From the NCBI GenBank assembly GCA_001949185.1, contig BDGG01000001.1, positions 8,626,721-8,690,720 on the forward strand: a DNA stretch of 64,000 nt, written 5' to 3'. Below the pieces are notes generated by a model. That model made no database searches. It saw nothing but the letters and a program-made list of their open reading frames with translations, and was not told the DNA's origin. The position numbers and the translations under genes are program-made. This DNA is from Ramazzottius varieornatus (taxonomy: Eukaryota; Animalia; Tardigrada). Positions within the stretch are counted from its first letter, which is position 1. Every line of letters begins with the position of its first letter. Of this stretch, positions 24,039-36,951 are shown piece by piece.

Positions 24039-24867
24039 TATGGTGCCCCCTAGCTGCGAATTTCCAGACTCAATCAAGGACGTATTAACGGGGGAGCAAC
24101 TCTGCAATTGCGGAACTTTTCGGTTCTAGAAATTGCGGATCTGCAACTTTTTAAGGCGGACTTTGAGATGATTGTAGATCTGCAATTCCAGAGAAGGTGT
24201 TTTTCAGAAATTACGGACCTGGAATTTCTGGAATTTGTTTAAAAATTACAGGAGGCGCGGATGGCTCGAAGCTGACTTTGAGGGGGTGGTATAGCTGCAT
24301 TTGCAGCATGCTCATACGCGAAGTACAGTGACTGTACAGGTGGGACGCGACCTAGCGACGTTACCGTTTTTATTTTCTGCGTACAGATGCTGGTTTTTGT
24401 TCTCAAGTTCTCCTAACTTTTTGCCATGTATTTGATTTTTTACCCGTTTGTATCCATCAAAATGCCCAACTGTCACCTCTCAACTGCCGAAACTCAAGGT
24501 ACCGCAACCGCATGCTTATTCCGAATAAGTCTGCATAAGACTTCCTCGTCAGATTACCAGTTCAACAGCACGAGTAAACATTATTAGAATTTTACGGAAA
24601 TTGCCCCCAGCAATTTCAAGAAATTCAGCGAAAAAATATTGCACACCTGTAATTATCCGACTTTTCGACAAAAGTTGTTGCGGATCTGCAATTTTGACCA
24701 GTATCCTGGAAAAATACTGCGGATCCGCAAAGTTTGCAATAGCGTTCCGCCAACCTCAATACGTCCTTGAACTCACTCAATTGAAACCTGATCAAATCGA
24801 AATTATCAGTCGAAGGCAGCGCCGATGACGGAATCTTGCTGAAAAATAACAGCTAGGGGGCGCCATA
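24039..24867. mobile_element. Putative non-autonomous TIR element
   Basis: 18-bp IR TATGG(T/C)GCCCCCTAGCTG at both ends, inner perfect 13-bp IR TCAAGGACGTATT (24074/24770), and repeated GCGGATCTGCAA motifs. Confidence 0.5.
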
Positions 24868-25400
24868 CCAACTGGCTCTGCCCCCAATCAGGTTCTAAAC
24901 CGGGTTTCCACTGTTCTGATATTACCGTGTTACACAGCCGTAAAACTCGAGCTCAACTCACACTGAAAGTGTCAAATCGGAAACTCGTTGACTGCTCGAA
25001 GTGCGAGCACCCTACGAGCCTCGTACGCTGATCCACTCTTCTACGAGCGCAGCACAGAATTCCGGCTGGACAAGTCAGGATAAGTATGACTGCTACGCAG
25101 CACCATCGTATATGCTTGACGCAAAAATATGCCGGGAGAAGTGTTACACATACAGTAACTGCTGCGCGCACGCAGCAGATATGACGGCTACAAACGGCCC
25201 GTGTACTGCGAACCGCAATAGTCTGAAAACGTTGCTGTACCTTTGTGAGAAACATTTGCGCTCCGTGGGTCCTCTACGTTGGCATTAGGCGCAGAAGTTG
25301 TTGCTGAGCCACGTTGGAGTACGAGTTGTAGTAGGTTCGGTCTGTATCCCGTATTTCGTTGCCTGCAATTTCTGACAGGTTGTACTTTCCACCTGGTCCT

Positions 25401-25652
25401 TCAGAGCTTCGCCAATGGCCATCCGAAGGAGTAGTATCGCGTGGCGTCATCGCGCAGCTGGGTCACAATTGTTCCAATGTCCCTCTTCATGGCGTTGATG
25501 TCACGCTCCAGCTTGATACGTTCCAGCCTTCCTAATGCTTCAGACAGTAGCCTTCTGGCAGTATGCACCGATTCGTCATTCAGTTTTCTGTAGAAGTTTC
25601 GCGTTTCGGCCAAACAAAGTTTTCCGCACGAGCTCGATCCAGTTGCATTCGT
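25401..25652 (-). pseudogene. Orphan CGKxC family member with the start codon apparently changed to ACG
   Basis: TNATGSSSCGKLC...LERIKLERDINAMKRDIGTIVTQL aligns with the paralogs; ACG occupies their ATG position. Confidence 0.6.
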
Positions 25653-25840
25653 GGGTGTATGTTTTACTCCCAACTCTGTCTCCTATGACAAAACGTATTA
25701 AGTACGTCGAACGTGGACGTGAAGGACTGCTGTAATTTTCCATTATCACGGTTCGAACGAAACATCTCACAAAATGAAATACGAGTTTTGATAGTGAAGG
25801 TAATTTTTGAAAGTACTGTATTTGCAAAACGTATTACGAT

Positions 25841-26179
25841 TCAGTATGAAATTGCATAAATTACTGTACGATTGGATATGTGTGTAAACTCAATCTTCCC
25901 ATATACCAGCCGTTCCTCCGGGTCACTGAGGGCGTGAAAATGCTGTCTCCGGCTCTCTGGAAATTGCGCGGAGGTTCGATGCAACCGACTCCCAACCTTT
26001 CCAATATCACCTTTAATAAGATCGATGTCATCCTTCAGCTCAACACCTTCTACAACGTTCGATGCTTTCAGCAGGTCCTTCTTGGCCAAGCGTAGTGATA
26101 TACTACTAAGCTCCCTATACCGTCTCCGTTTCCGTAGCGAGCACTGTTTTCCGCACGAACTCGATGCAGCGGTAGACAT
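25841..26179 (-). CDS. Orphan CGKxC family small protein
   Basis: MSTAASSSCGKQC...VELKDDIDLIKGDIGKVGSRL. Confidence 0.6.
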   Translation of the reverse strand: MSTAASSSCGKQCSLRKRRRYRELSSISLRLAKKDLLKASNVVEGVELKDDIDLIKGDIGKVGSRLHRTSAQFPESRRQHFHALSDPEERLVYGKIEFTHISNRTVIYAISY

Positions 26180-29100
26180 CCTCCTGACTAGGAATGAGTC
26201 AGGAGATAAAAGCCAGACAAAGCTCGATACGTAAATAATCTGTAAGTTCAAAGAATCCATCTCGAGGGGTACTGATGAACTATTATGAGAGTATACCGAA
26301 AATAAAAAGGAGTTCGTATGTAGTTATCCGATCAACCGCTAGATATCGTAAGTATGTATGTACTTTTACGAAACTAATAGTGCGAGTTTCCAACAGACCT
26401 GATAGAGACCGTAGCCGTAGAGCTCTAACAATGAGTGCATGCCGACGCCTGTGGGCTTTAGCAATCTGCAAGAACCGAAGAAGACCAAGGCTGCCGTGCT
26501 TTCAGTTCCTTCACAGAGTGAGCATGTACACAGTTCGTGATACGAAAGTAGTGGCGCTTTACCATCATTTCTCCGCTATTTAATCGACAGTTGCAATGCA
26601 CGGCAAAACTATTACGCTGTGGCCTTTAAGCACTGATAAGTACCGGTCTAAGAAGCAACCACGAAGTATCTAGGTTCACGCTATTCTTCTTGTCCGTCTT
26701 CTCGAAACGGTAAAATACCGCGCACTCGACCACGTGTTTTACCTTAAATTTAATCCTACTTTCTTCAAGCGGGTTCTGAGTTTTAATCAGATGCCGACTT
26801 TCGGTTATTTCGGTGAAACTATATTTCATTCGATAGCTCTCCACGAGGTGAACAATATGTTTGCCAACAGTTAGTTTACTCCTCCACAGGATTGAAAGTT
26901 ATTTCAGAAAAACTGACCGGAACTGACGTCACTGCATATGCACTATTTGATACCTTATTCAATAGACCTAAACGCGATATACAATCCGTATTTTGTAGAT
27001 CTCTACGGAACAAACAGTATGTTTACTCTTAATTTATTTATTGCTCCGCAGTATTCAAAATTACTACCAGAAAACTGACCGGAGCGAAATCATTCCGAAT
27101 GCACCGAGAACCAATCAAGCTCGACTTGACGCTTCAAAATTATGCTCTGCTCTTCCTGTGGACATACAAATGTTTGTGCTACATGTTGGCCGTTCAGGCT
27201 TTCCCGGGAACCTATCACATGACGGCTGACCAGCAGCCAAAGATGACCCATATTTCCTTGTCCTGACTGCCGAAGCTCACCGGTTGATTGTTTGAAGAGG
27301 TGACTGGTCCGTCACGTAATCAAAAAGATGAAAGTGTTGTCTACACGATGGCTTCTAAATTTCTGAAGTCGGACGACGGGATCGGGAGATATGGTGAAAC
27401 AAACCAAAGGCATGGGTGACGATGACCAATGACAGTGAATGTACTATTCCTTCAAAGTTCAAACATGGCCGACAAGTGCAAAAGAATTATCTATTTCCGA
27501 TAGAACAGCGAACAGGGAATATATTTTAAGTTATGCTGTAGTGCTCATACAGTCCCGCGGCACGAAATCAAGCACCTGATTCCGCCATTTCATTTTCAGA
27601 CCTGCCATATGTTCACGACATAGCATGCTAGGACAAGAACCAGAATTACATAATACACAAATTACATCGTACTGTGACGGGTGTAATCAAGTGTACAAGT
27701 CGCGCTTGCTTGGCTGCGTGATCATGGCAAGCAGTACCGTTAATTTTGCATGATTTTCTGCTTGAAATCATAGAATTAAATATCAGATTTTGAGCGACCG
27801 GACTGTAGCTTATCGGGCTTGTAGACGTTGCACTACCACCAGGTTGAGTGCGCGATAAATTATGAGCACTACAGTATTTATTTCCCTTGGTGTTTTGTGC
27901 ATCCCTACGTTTTGCCATTTCACAACCACGCCGACCGAAATTTTTCACACAGCTGGAACGAGCATGGCAGGGGTGCCTATGCGGTTTTTATATGTCTATT
28001 CCTGAGAAGATTTTCTCATGAACAAGTGCTGTTCCATAATTTTCCTCAATACAGTTCTACCTGTGAGATGTGACAGTTCAAACGTCCGATTTCAGTTCCG
28101 GACGCTACATGTGTACACAGGGCTGCTCGCTATGCTATTCGCATGAGACCAATCAGCCGATCAGGCACGTGCTTGATTACTTGATCAAGTCAAGCCACAA
28201 CCGGACGGTGCTCCGCAGCGTATTGCTAGCACTCTCGTGCAGAAACGCTGTCGGGTTGCAGAAGAAGCAATTGTCACATCTCACAGGGAGGACTATAGTT
28301 TTCACCGCTTAGCAAAAATCAACACGTAGAATGGGGCTTAGGGTGGGTCACCTTGAGGAACTCCCATTAGCGGAGACCACAGAACCGCTATTTTGGGCGA
28401 CCAAATCTTTTTCATTTTTGGGATCTGTTTTGCGCGCTCAGATAAAAGACTGCTGAATCCAACCAACTTCGCGAGGTCTGAGTGCAAAGAAACGGCGCGT
28501 ACTCTGAGTTTCGTACTCTATTTCCAAGTTGATTTGTCACATGTACTCTACCGTAGTACCGTGTCTGCGGCCGTTTGTACTGCACTTACATCGTGGGTTG
28601 TCTAGCGCAACCAAATAGAAAAGAACTCAGATCCCAGAAGGTCTTCGCGTAAGTTTCGACCAGTAGACATATCCAAATATTTGAACAGCTTTTTACGTTG
28701 TTTCTGCTCAAAGTCGTCCAACTGAAGGTGCAGTGCAGTCCAGCAGTAGAGTGGTGCCTTAAATCTGCACACAAACAGTTGCTATTATCGAGAAGCCGGC
28801 AAATGAATTCATCATGATCGTTATTTGATGTGGCGTACGAGGCGCCTGATACAGAGACTACCGGGTCCTCACGTTATATTTCAGCGTAAGTACCCGGTGG
28901 ATATCTCCCCGTCCGGTGGATATTTCCGTGCCGGGCACCTCGTACTTTTTCATTGTACGTGTGATTGGCTGAACGTGCGCCACTTGAGATAAAAAAATAT
29001 TTTCAAGTCATTTGCCGACGTCCCATACATTTCGTGAAATTTACTGCTTCATTTCCGACAACGCTGCTCACATTAACATTCATTTGCTGGAACGAAACCC

Positions 29101-30099
29101 ACCTGGCTTGTGCGTTGCGGATACCGTGCACAATACAGTACCTACCCCCTCTCTATGCCATAGGCTTCAACGTCATGTGAATTTTCTACACTTCCGTTTT
29201 TCCACTTCAATGAAAAGCCGCGAGCGAGCCGAAGACGAGCCGAAGAACTTTTACAATCTATCTCAATCACGAATTCAACGCAGATTTGGATGGGTGGAAA
29301 GAGTTCTTGTTCCTTTGGAATGGTTCCGCGTCTTCTAACATAGGGGATTCAATAAATTCTAAGGCACAGGCCACCTGAAAGTGCTGTTTTCTAGAGCGCG
29401 CTTTTTAGAGATAGACCATCTCTTCTACCACTGTCCTCGAAGGATGAGTTACCTGGCACTAGCACAGAAGGAGAAATAATTTGTTGAAAAGTTGCGGAAA
29501 ACTGTTTTTCGATATTCTGCGTAAACTCGCGCATTTTGTAATGTTATTCTTACGTTATCCGCACCGATAGTGGGAATGTTGTTGCCCGAATATCTGGGAT
29601 AGATGGTTTTCGAGCGCTTCGACAAAAAGCAACTGGAGTGTGAGGGGAATACAGAGTGGAAACTAACTTTAATCGGGAATGGTAACGTGGCGGGGGAAAC
29701 AGAAAAGTTTGAAACATCCGGCTGGTTATCGGGTAATGCACCAGCTGGTTTCTCCCCGTTTCACTTGCGCATTTTCACCTGGTACAAAAATAAATTTCTT
29801 TATCAAGCCTTGACAGCGATCCGGGCTTCGCTTCCTTCTGCCGAAACTAGTCACTAGGCATTCCTCTTTCATCTGCAGCTGAAATTAAATGCAAACTTGC
29901 GATGGGGAAGAAACTACATGATTTCTTGTAGAACGTGGAGCCCTAAACAAAGTTCCCTTCATATACCTCACAAAATTTTTTCAACGAATGACTTTCCAGC
30001 CTAGGCTCTAATTTCGCGGTACTGCCCATAAGTTGCTTTCACTTTATGTAGAAAGTTGGCGAGATTGAACGACCACAGAATTTCTGGTGAACGCAGCTT

Positions 30100-31400
30100 C
30101 AAAACTTATTGAACCCCCGACGTATCAACGGAAATACCTGGTTCCAGCTCAAATAGCCAGAATGGGTTCTCAAACCTACCAATCGCTTGGCTCGAACTGG
30201 TTCCGGTGTGCTTTGCTCATGTGGTATGGGCCCATTGGTAGCGGGTCAAGCGCCTTCGGTTTTTTTCTGACAATCAAGCGACAGCCGCAGTCTGGAAAAA
30301 TTTAATGGGGTTTAATGGAAATTATCCGTCGCATTTACTTTCAAGCTGCGAAAGGGAACTTTACTCTTCGCATCAAGCATATCCGTGGCGTCGCAAATGC
30401 TGTTGCTGAGTCGGTTTCTCGATTCCAGATAGATCGCTCTCGCGAACTAGCGCCCTCTGCCCAAATCGAACCAGAGCCTATAAACTCGAACCTCAGAGAG
30501 TTCAATCGTTCTCTTCACCGGGCGCAAAAAGTCGACAGGTTGCTCATGGCCCAGTCGGCTTCAGGAACCAAAAGAACGTCTGAAACCGGAATAAACGATT
30601 TTCATCTTTCTGCCTGACATACCATTACTCGTTCCTTCCCACCGACCTTAGTACTGTACACCGCTTCGCCGCATTGCTGACACGACAGAACATGTCTCCT
30701 CGAACTAGTGCGGTTACGTCTCAGCGATCCGCAAGCATTATCAACAGCGGATTTCAAGACCCCTGCGTTAACGATGTCAAGATTTCTCTTATTCCGAAAA
30801 GATGGTCTAATTCATCCAACGTCAAGCTCGATACCCGTAAACCAATCACTAGCAGGGATCTCAAGGCTCGTCTGCAAGCAGAACCTACTTTGCACAACTG
30901 CGGCAAGTTGATGTTGTGGTCGGCTTTCATTAATGCATATGTACTTTGGGGTTCTTTTGACTTTCTCCGAGTTTTTGAATACACTGCAAAACCCCGAACG
31001 AGTACGACCGCGCCCCTGTTGCTGTCCGACATCAAATGCTATCCTGATAGTCTGCTACTCTCGATCGAGAAAGACAAGACAAATCAGCACAGTCAGCCGA
31101 CAAGTTTCAGGCTTGTCGCTACCAAGAAATCATGTTGCTCCAGAACGGGCCTTTTTGAAATTTTTGCAGTTCCGGCCCTTGCTGCCTGCTACATCGGCTT
31201 GTTATGTTTTTGCTAACGGCGAGCACCTTACCAGGCAACGTTAACACGTAAACTTTTGACTGAAGACCCAACTGGGCCTTCATTTTTCTTTCATAGTTTG
31301 TCCATCGGTGCGGCTACCTCAGCGTGTTTAGCAGGTTTATCAGCCGATCAGAACAGGCAGGCAGGCTTTGGAAAAGCAACGGCTACGTACGTTGCAGTAG
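30100..31400 (+). mobile_element. Degenerate DIRS/Ngaro fragment (RNase H plus tyrosine recombinase)
   Basis: KHIRGVANAVAESVSR, FDFLRVFEY, KDKTNQ, HSLSIGAATSA. Many frameshifts. Confidence 0.85.
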
Positions 31401-31439
31401 AATTTGATATTCGTGTAAAAGAAAACAACCCCTGCTAAA

Positions 31440-31800
31440 GACCAAACAAAAGCAAAACGAAAGCATCATCCCTTGTTCGGATAGAACGGGATCTTTAGAA
31501 GAGGCTTTGGGGCCTTTGACAACCGAATGTATCCCCAACAGGCTTCAAAGACTAGCAGCCTGGATAACATCGGAGGAAGAAGCGCTCTCCGCAGCGATGG
31601 CGGCGCCGTCGATGCGTAAACTGTGGGAAGTGTACAGGCACTTTCATGGAAATCTGTGCAGAAGGTCAAAGTAAGGCGCAAGTGAAACAAAACGCGGTAT
31701 GTCAAACCTTGACAAGGTATCGGCAATACCGTTGTCGACGCCTTTGATATGCTTGATGGTCAAAGTAGAGTATATACAGCTGCGATCATCATCATTTGGC
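31440..31800 (-). mobile_element. Third DIRS/Ngaro fragment, inverted
   Basis: KHIKGVDNGIADTLSRFDIPRFVSLAP is the RNase H C-terminus. Confidence 0.75.
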
Positions 31801-32863
31801 GCATAAGATGGCGAAAAAGCTGCTGCACCGATTGTCGCCGTGAGAATATACGAGCGACACTTTGTTTTCTGTGGCAAGTCATCCTTCACTATTCTTCTCC
31901 GAAAATAATATCAAGCTAGTACATAACCTGGTTTAATGGAAAGACTGGTAGTTAACGATATCGACTCTCGAACCAAGTGCCTTTCTGGGAGACCTACCGA
32001 GCTTCTGGCTCGCTCACCGCGTTGATACGCTTGCACAGCCTTGTGACAACCTAAAGAAGCCCTCTTTATTGATAAGTGTGTATTTATACATGGGGATCGA
32101 TAAAGCTACAAAAACAACAGAAAATACACGTTTGGTGGAATGGAAAAAACACTCGTTCAGCGAGACTTGCTTGAGGAACGCTTTCACTGACGCGAGCAAA
32201 AGCAGAATGAAATTCTTCTTCCGGAACGATGGCACGCTACAAGCAAGACTTGGTCCTCAGGACCGCTCGCTAAACAAATGGCGCGTTCTGTAGTGAAAGC
32301 TTGTTGACCATCAGCCAGATGTAGAAAAACTGACAATATTGTAATATTTTATATGAAGAAGTGATTGCAAGACAAGCCCGAGGAAGCTCAGTCAGGTCAC
32401 AATGCGCCAAGAAGCTATAAGATGAAGCATATGCTGCGAGATGGACTTTAATAACGGATCCTGGCATTACCAGACTTACCATCGTCTAGCTCGAACCACA
32501 GCACAACAGTCACTTCTAACGCTCTCAAGCTTGGTTTTCTAAATGCAGCCAGATCAGAAAGGGTAAGTAACGCTGCAGCGTTAACTGTCGTTGGAGTCAC
32601 CTTAAGCCGTCCATTCATGGCGAGTGTAGTCTATATCATGGGATGTAGAGTTGTGCTTTAGGAAGCACAGCCGAAGTTGCCATGGTGGTCAGCGCGACTG
32701 ATGGACAGTCGTTGTTTCGCACGCTGGCGAGCGGAAGCTCTTTGTCAGTATCTACCCTTGACTAATGTTCGACGGTCTATCTACAGCCTCTTGTTCCTTT
32801 GCGTCTGAATCTCCGAATCGTTTAACACGCGCCTCTAAAAGCCGTTCCTTTTCCGCTCTCAAC

Positions 32864-35800
32864 ATGAAGCGCAAGAAGCAACAGACCTCCAAAGGCAGGA
32901 AGTCAAAGGCCGCCTGCGGAACAACGCACCCTTTGGTTGCTCCTCTCGCCCCGGCACCTCAACCCACGGCTCCTCTCGCCGACCTCACTTCCGCTCCGGG
33001 TCCGTCAGATCGCGTTGTTTAAGGGGCAAGTCGAACTTCTGAAGGAGCCGGTTTCCACCCAACGTCACCTGGTGGAGCGTTTGGACACTGACGGTTCCCG
33101 CATACAGGATGTCGAGGTCTGACTTTCGTCGGCCGGTAGTCCGCTCAACACTCCACCTATACAGCAGCCGATCACGTCCGGTGCACCGCCGGCTCCTGCG
33201 ATCCCTGTCACGTTACCCCACACGCTTGGCGCTGGCCCGTCCTGGACTCGGACCTCTCTGCAAAGCTGGCCTTACGTCGGGCTTTCGTTGACCTGAAGTA
33301 CATGTTACCCCAGAAGCGCTCCCTACCTTACCGCCGGCAATCGGGCCCTGACCAGCGAGGCCGTTCCACCCGCAAGCGCCGCATCGACTCCATTAGCGAT
33401 TGGATCGACGCTTTCGCCTGATTTGCCATGTTCCGAGGTTTTTATCACCCTGACTTGTCTCTCCACTTACTTGGGTACCTTAACGTCATCCGTGGCCTAG
33501 CGCGCCTGCACCCCTTGCGTATTTGGATGGCTTATGATCTGCAGTTTCGCCAGAATATGCAGCAAGGTACGGCGTCCGATACTATGTGGCTCTCAGAAGA
33601 CCCAGTCCTAATGGCGGAGAGCCTGCGTAAACAAGCGGTTGCTGTTCCGACCCAAAGCACCCAGGTGGCATCACCAGCGCCGCAGACGTCAAGGGCATGT
33701 TACATATGCCGAGACGCTAATCACCTAGCCAACGTCTGTCCTCAGCGTCGGCTTCCCTCTTCCTCCACTGGTCGGCAACAAGCTCCTCAAGCTGGAACCA
33801 GTAACTCGCCATCGCAAGCCAGTTCCTCGGGCTGGGGACCTGTTGCCAGTGGTAAGATGTCCTCAAGCCCGGCGAGGAAGAGTCCATGAAGTACAATCGA
33901 GGAACTTGCACGTTGTTACCATGCATTGATAGACGCATTCATCTCTGTAACGTTTGCCTTGATAGAGACCATTCTGCCCTTACCCACCTCAATGCCAATA
34001 ATCCCAGATCGTAGTACAAGATCTTTGAAGCCGCGTCGTTTCGCGCATCATTTGTCGTCTTTTCCCGATCAAGAGTTTATCTCAAAATTTGTCAACGGTT
34101 TAACCTTCGGGTTCGATACCGGATATCGCGGTCCTCAAATTTCCCGTTTCACGCTAACGCGCAGACGGCTTTTAACCACCCTGAAGTTATTTCGGCTTAC
34201 ATCGAGAACGAACTTGCTGCAAAGCATGCGGTTGGCCCGTTTCCTTCGCAATCACTAGCTGATTTCATAGTCTCTTCTCTCGGGGTGCGTCGGAAGAAGA
34301 CGGGTGGTGCTAGACTCATAATGGATTACATCTCAAAAGAAGTCTATACTTTGAAATTCTGTAGTATAGACGATGCTACTCGAATAGTGACTGAACTCGG
34401 TCCTGGCGCACACGTGGCGAAACTCGATGTTAAAAGCGCGTTTCGGCTGATACCGTTGCGCAGAGAGGACTGGAACTTGCTGGGTTATTGGCACGATGAA
34501 AAGTTTCATTTTGATGTTGTATTGCCCTTCGGGCTTCGGTCGTCGCCGGGTATCCTCAACTGGTGCGCTGGCTGCTAGAAACCACGGGTCCAGTTCCCAA
34601 CTGGATCCACTATGGATGATTTCTTCGTCGCCACAAAAACCAAACTTGAGTGTCAGGCCGCGATGACTTTCATGGAGGACTTGGCCCAAGATCTGGGTGT
34701 TCCCTCAGCCAGGAAAAATACGGAAGGACCAACGACTGTAATAACCTTCTTCGGGGTGGAACTAGATACAGTGAAACAGGCTATTAGTTTCCCTCCCAAC
34801 AAACTCCAGGAACCAAAAGATGAACTGACTGTTTGGGACAGACGGGTGCGCGGCACAAAACGGGAACTTTTGCGTTTAGCTGGAAAGCTAGGCTCAGCTA
34901 CAAAGTGTTTACCGGCGGGACGAATTTACTCAGAAGATTGTTAGACTTGGCCCACAGAGTCTATAGATTAGATTACTCTGTCAGATTGAATAACCAGTTC
35001 CGAGTGGATTTAGACTGGTTGAAGCGATTTCTGCCAGTCTGGAATGGTACTTGGTCGTTCATCGAACCGGTGCGAACCCCCGCGGAACAACTCTCCGTTT
35101 ACACCGACGCCGCTGCCTCTATTAGTTGTGGCGCTTTCTTCGATAACGCCGGGATGCAGTTACGATGGCCTGACTGGCTTATCGCAGCCAACTTACCCAT
35201 TGCTTGGCATGAAATGGTTCCTATCTATCTAGCTTGCCGAGCGTGAGGCAAATCATGGCAGGGCAAAAGAATAGAGTTTCATTCCGACAATCAAACTACG
35301 GTAGCAATTTGGAAGGAATTCAGTTCTCCGCATTTGGGCTTGATGGAACTAATCAGGAGAAGATATTTTTACGCAGCAAAACATATTTTATGCTGAAGAT
35401 AACCTACATAAAGGGCGTGGATAACGGCATGGCTGACTCGATATCTCGTCTCCAGATGGAAAGATTCAGAGAGTTAGCTCCACTAGCCGCGCCTACCCAT
35501 ACCCCCTTCAACAACCATCTTTCCCAGCTGAAACGCTCGCTAGGCGACAGCAAGCAACCGCTCATTCCCTTGATCGGCAAGTCGAACGAATTACAAGAGC
35601 CCAGCTGGCTGACAGCGCCAGAAGAGTTTACGGAACCGGAACTCGAAGATTCTTACGTTTTTGCTTGATGCAAAACTATCAGTTTTTACCCACCACGGCC
35701 CATACGTTACACAGGGTTCTAGCTTTTCTTCAAAGTACCTTACATACAGACTGCGCGAAAGCAACACTCTGAATGCGGGCTCGAAGATCCCTCAGTTCAG

Positions 35801-36430
35801 GATAAGCTGACCCAACAGTTCCTCAAAGGTTGGTCCAGAATGAATCCCCAAGCCGCTGATTGTCGTTTACCCATCACGATGTCCGCTCTTCACAAGCTAA
35901 AAATTTTACTTCGCGCGTCGCCGAAACTGTGCACTCAGGACTAGTTGATGTTCCGGTCCGCTTTTACTTTGGTTTTCTTTGGGTTTTTAAGAGTTTCCGA
36001 GTATATGAGTAGGAGTTTTTGGAAACAACGGTCTGCTTTATCCATCTGCAACGTAGTGGTCCGCAAAACTGCCTTACCGATTCGTCTCGATCGGCACAAA
36101 ACTAACCAGTACGGTCCTCCAACCAGACTGATGTTGCCGCAAACGGATACTTCCTGTTGTCCAGTGCGGGTGTTCAAGAACTGTATACATTTGGCTTTGC
36201 GCGATAGAGATTATTCCTCGCCGTATTTCCTTTTCAAATCTGAAAAGTACCTTACCCGACAATCAGTCAATTTAATGCTGCACGCTTTACTCGGTCCCGG
36301 TTACTCGAGTCACAGTTTCCGCATCGGGGCAGCTACCACCGCTGCTGAGTCTGGTATTCACCCGGACGATATTCGCAAACTTGGGCGCTGGACCTCGCGT
36401 GCCTATTCTGGGTGTGTCAGACAGTCACCG
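32864..36430 (+). mobile_element. Near-complete but disrupted DIRS-superfamily (Ngaro-like) tyrosine-recombinase retrotransposon
   Basis: gag with a CYICRDANHLANVC knuckle; RT (KLDVKSAFRLIP, LPFGLRSSP, MDDFF); RNase H (YTDAA, YIKGVDNGMADSISR); YR (FFGFLRVSE, HSFRIGAAT, LGRWTSRAY). No methyltransferase domain seen; stops and frameshifts. Confidence 0.93.
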
Positions 36431-36951
36431 GGAAGCCGGTTGACTCTTCTGGCTACCATGTCCAGGTATGCTCGCTTTGCTTGTCGTTGTTGTTGGGGTG
36501 GGCCATCGCTCGTTTTGGGTGGTTGGGGGTTGTTGTCGCGATGGCTGGAAGAACGCCTTGCCTGGTCGAGTTGGTCGGCAAGCTTGCGACAACTGCAGGG
36601 AAGGTCTTCGGGGTCACGGCAGTCACCTTTCCCTGTGCCCCAACTACACGTCTGTTGTTCGATGGTAAGGCAAGGGTACGCCAAGGCAACTGTTTTAACA
36701 TGCAGCAGTCTGCACACGGTACCGAGTCAGCAGATGGAAATACTGTGTGCCTCAGGGATCGAACATCGCGGATATGTAGTGACCACAGCTGCATTTATTC
36801 AGAAGGCGAAGTGCCAGTTGCATCTGAATGTATCATCATATTGTACCGCGCCAAAACATCGCGATTCACTGCAGAACGATATGCGATTCTGGCATGATTG
36901 CCCGTGCGCGTATCTTCAAAATTTTGAGTCGTAGAAGATCTCTGTTTGGAC

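Noticed and set aside
25001-25288. Cys-rich 95-aa ORF as a secreted peptide
   Set aside because: GTG start, no signal peptide and no recognisable cysteine framework.
26600-30000. Short ORFs in this interval
   Set aside because: No motifs, paralogy or splice-consistent model found; treated as intergenic or decayed DNA.
36430-36934. C-terminal extension of the tyrosine recombinase as a fused domain
   Set aside because: The sequence after the catalytic Tyr region has no recognisable motif; probably stop-codon loss into terminal or flanking DNA.
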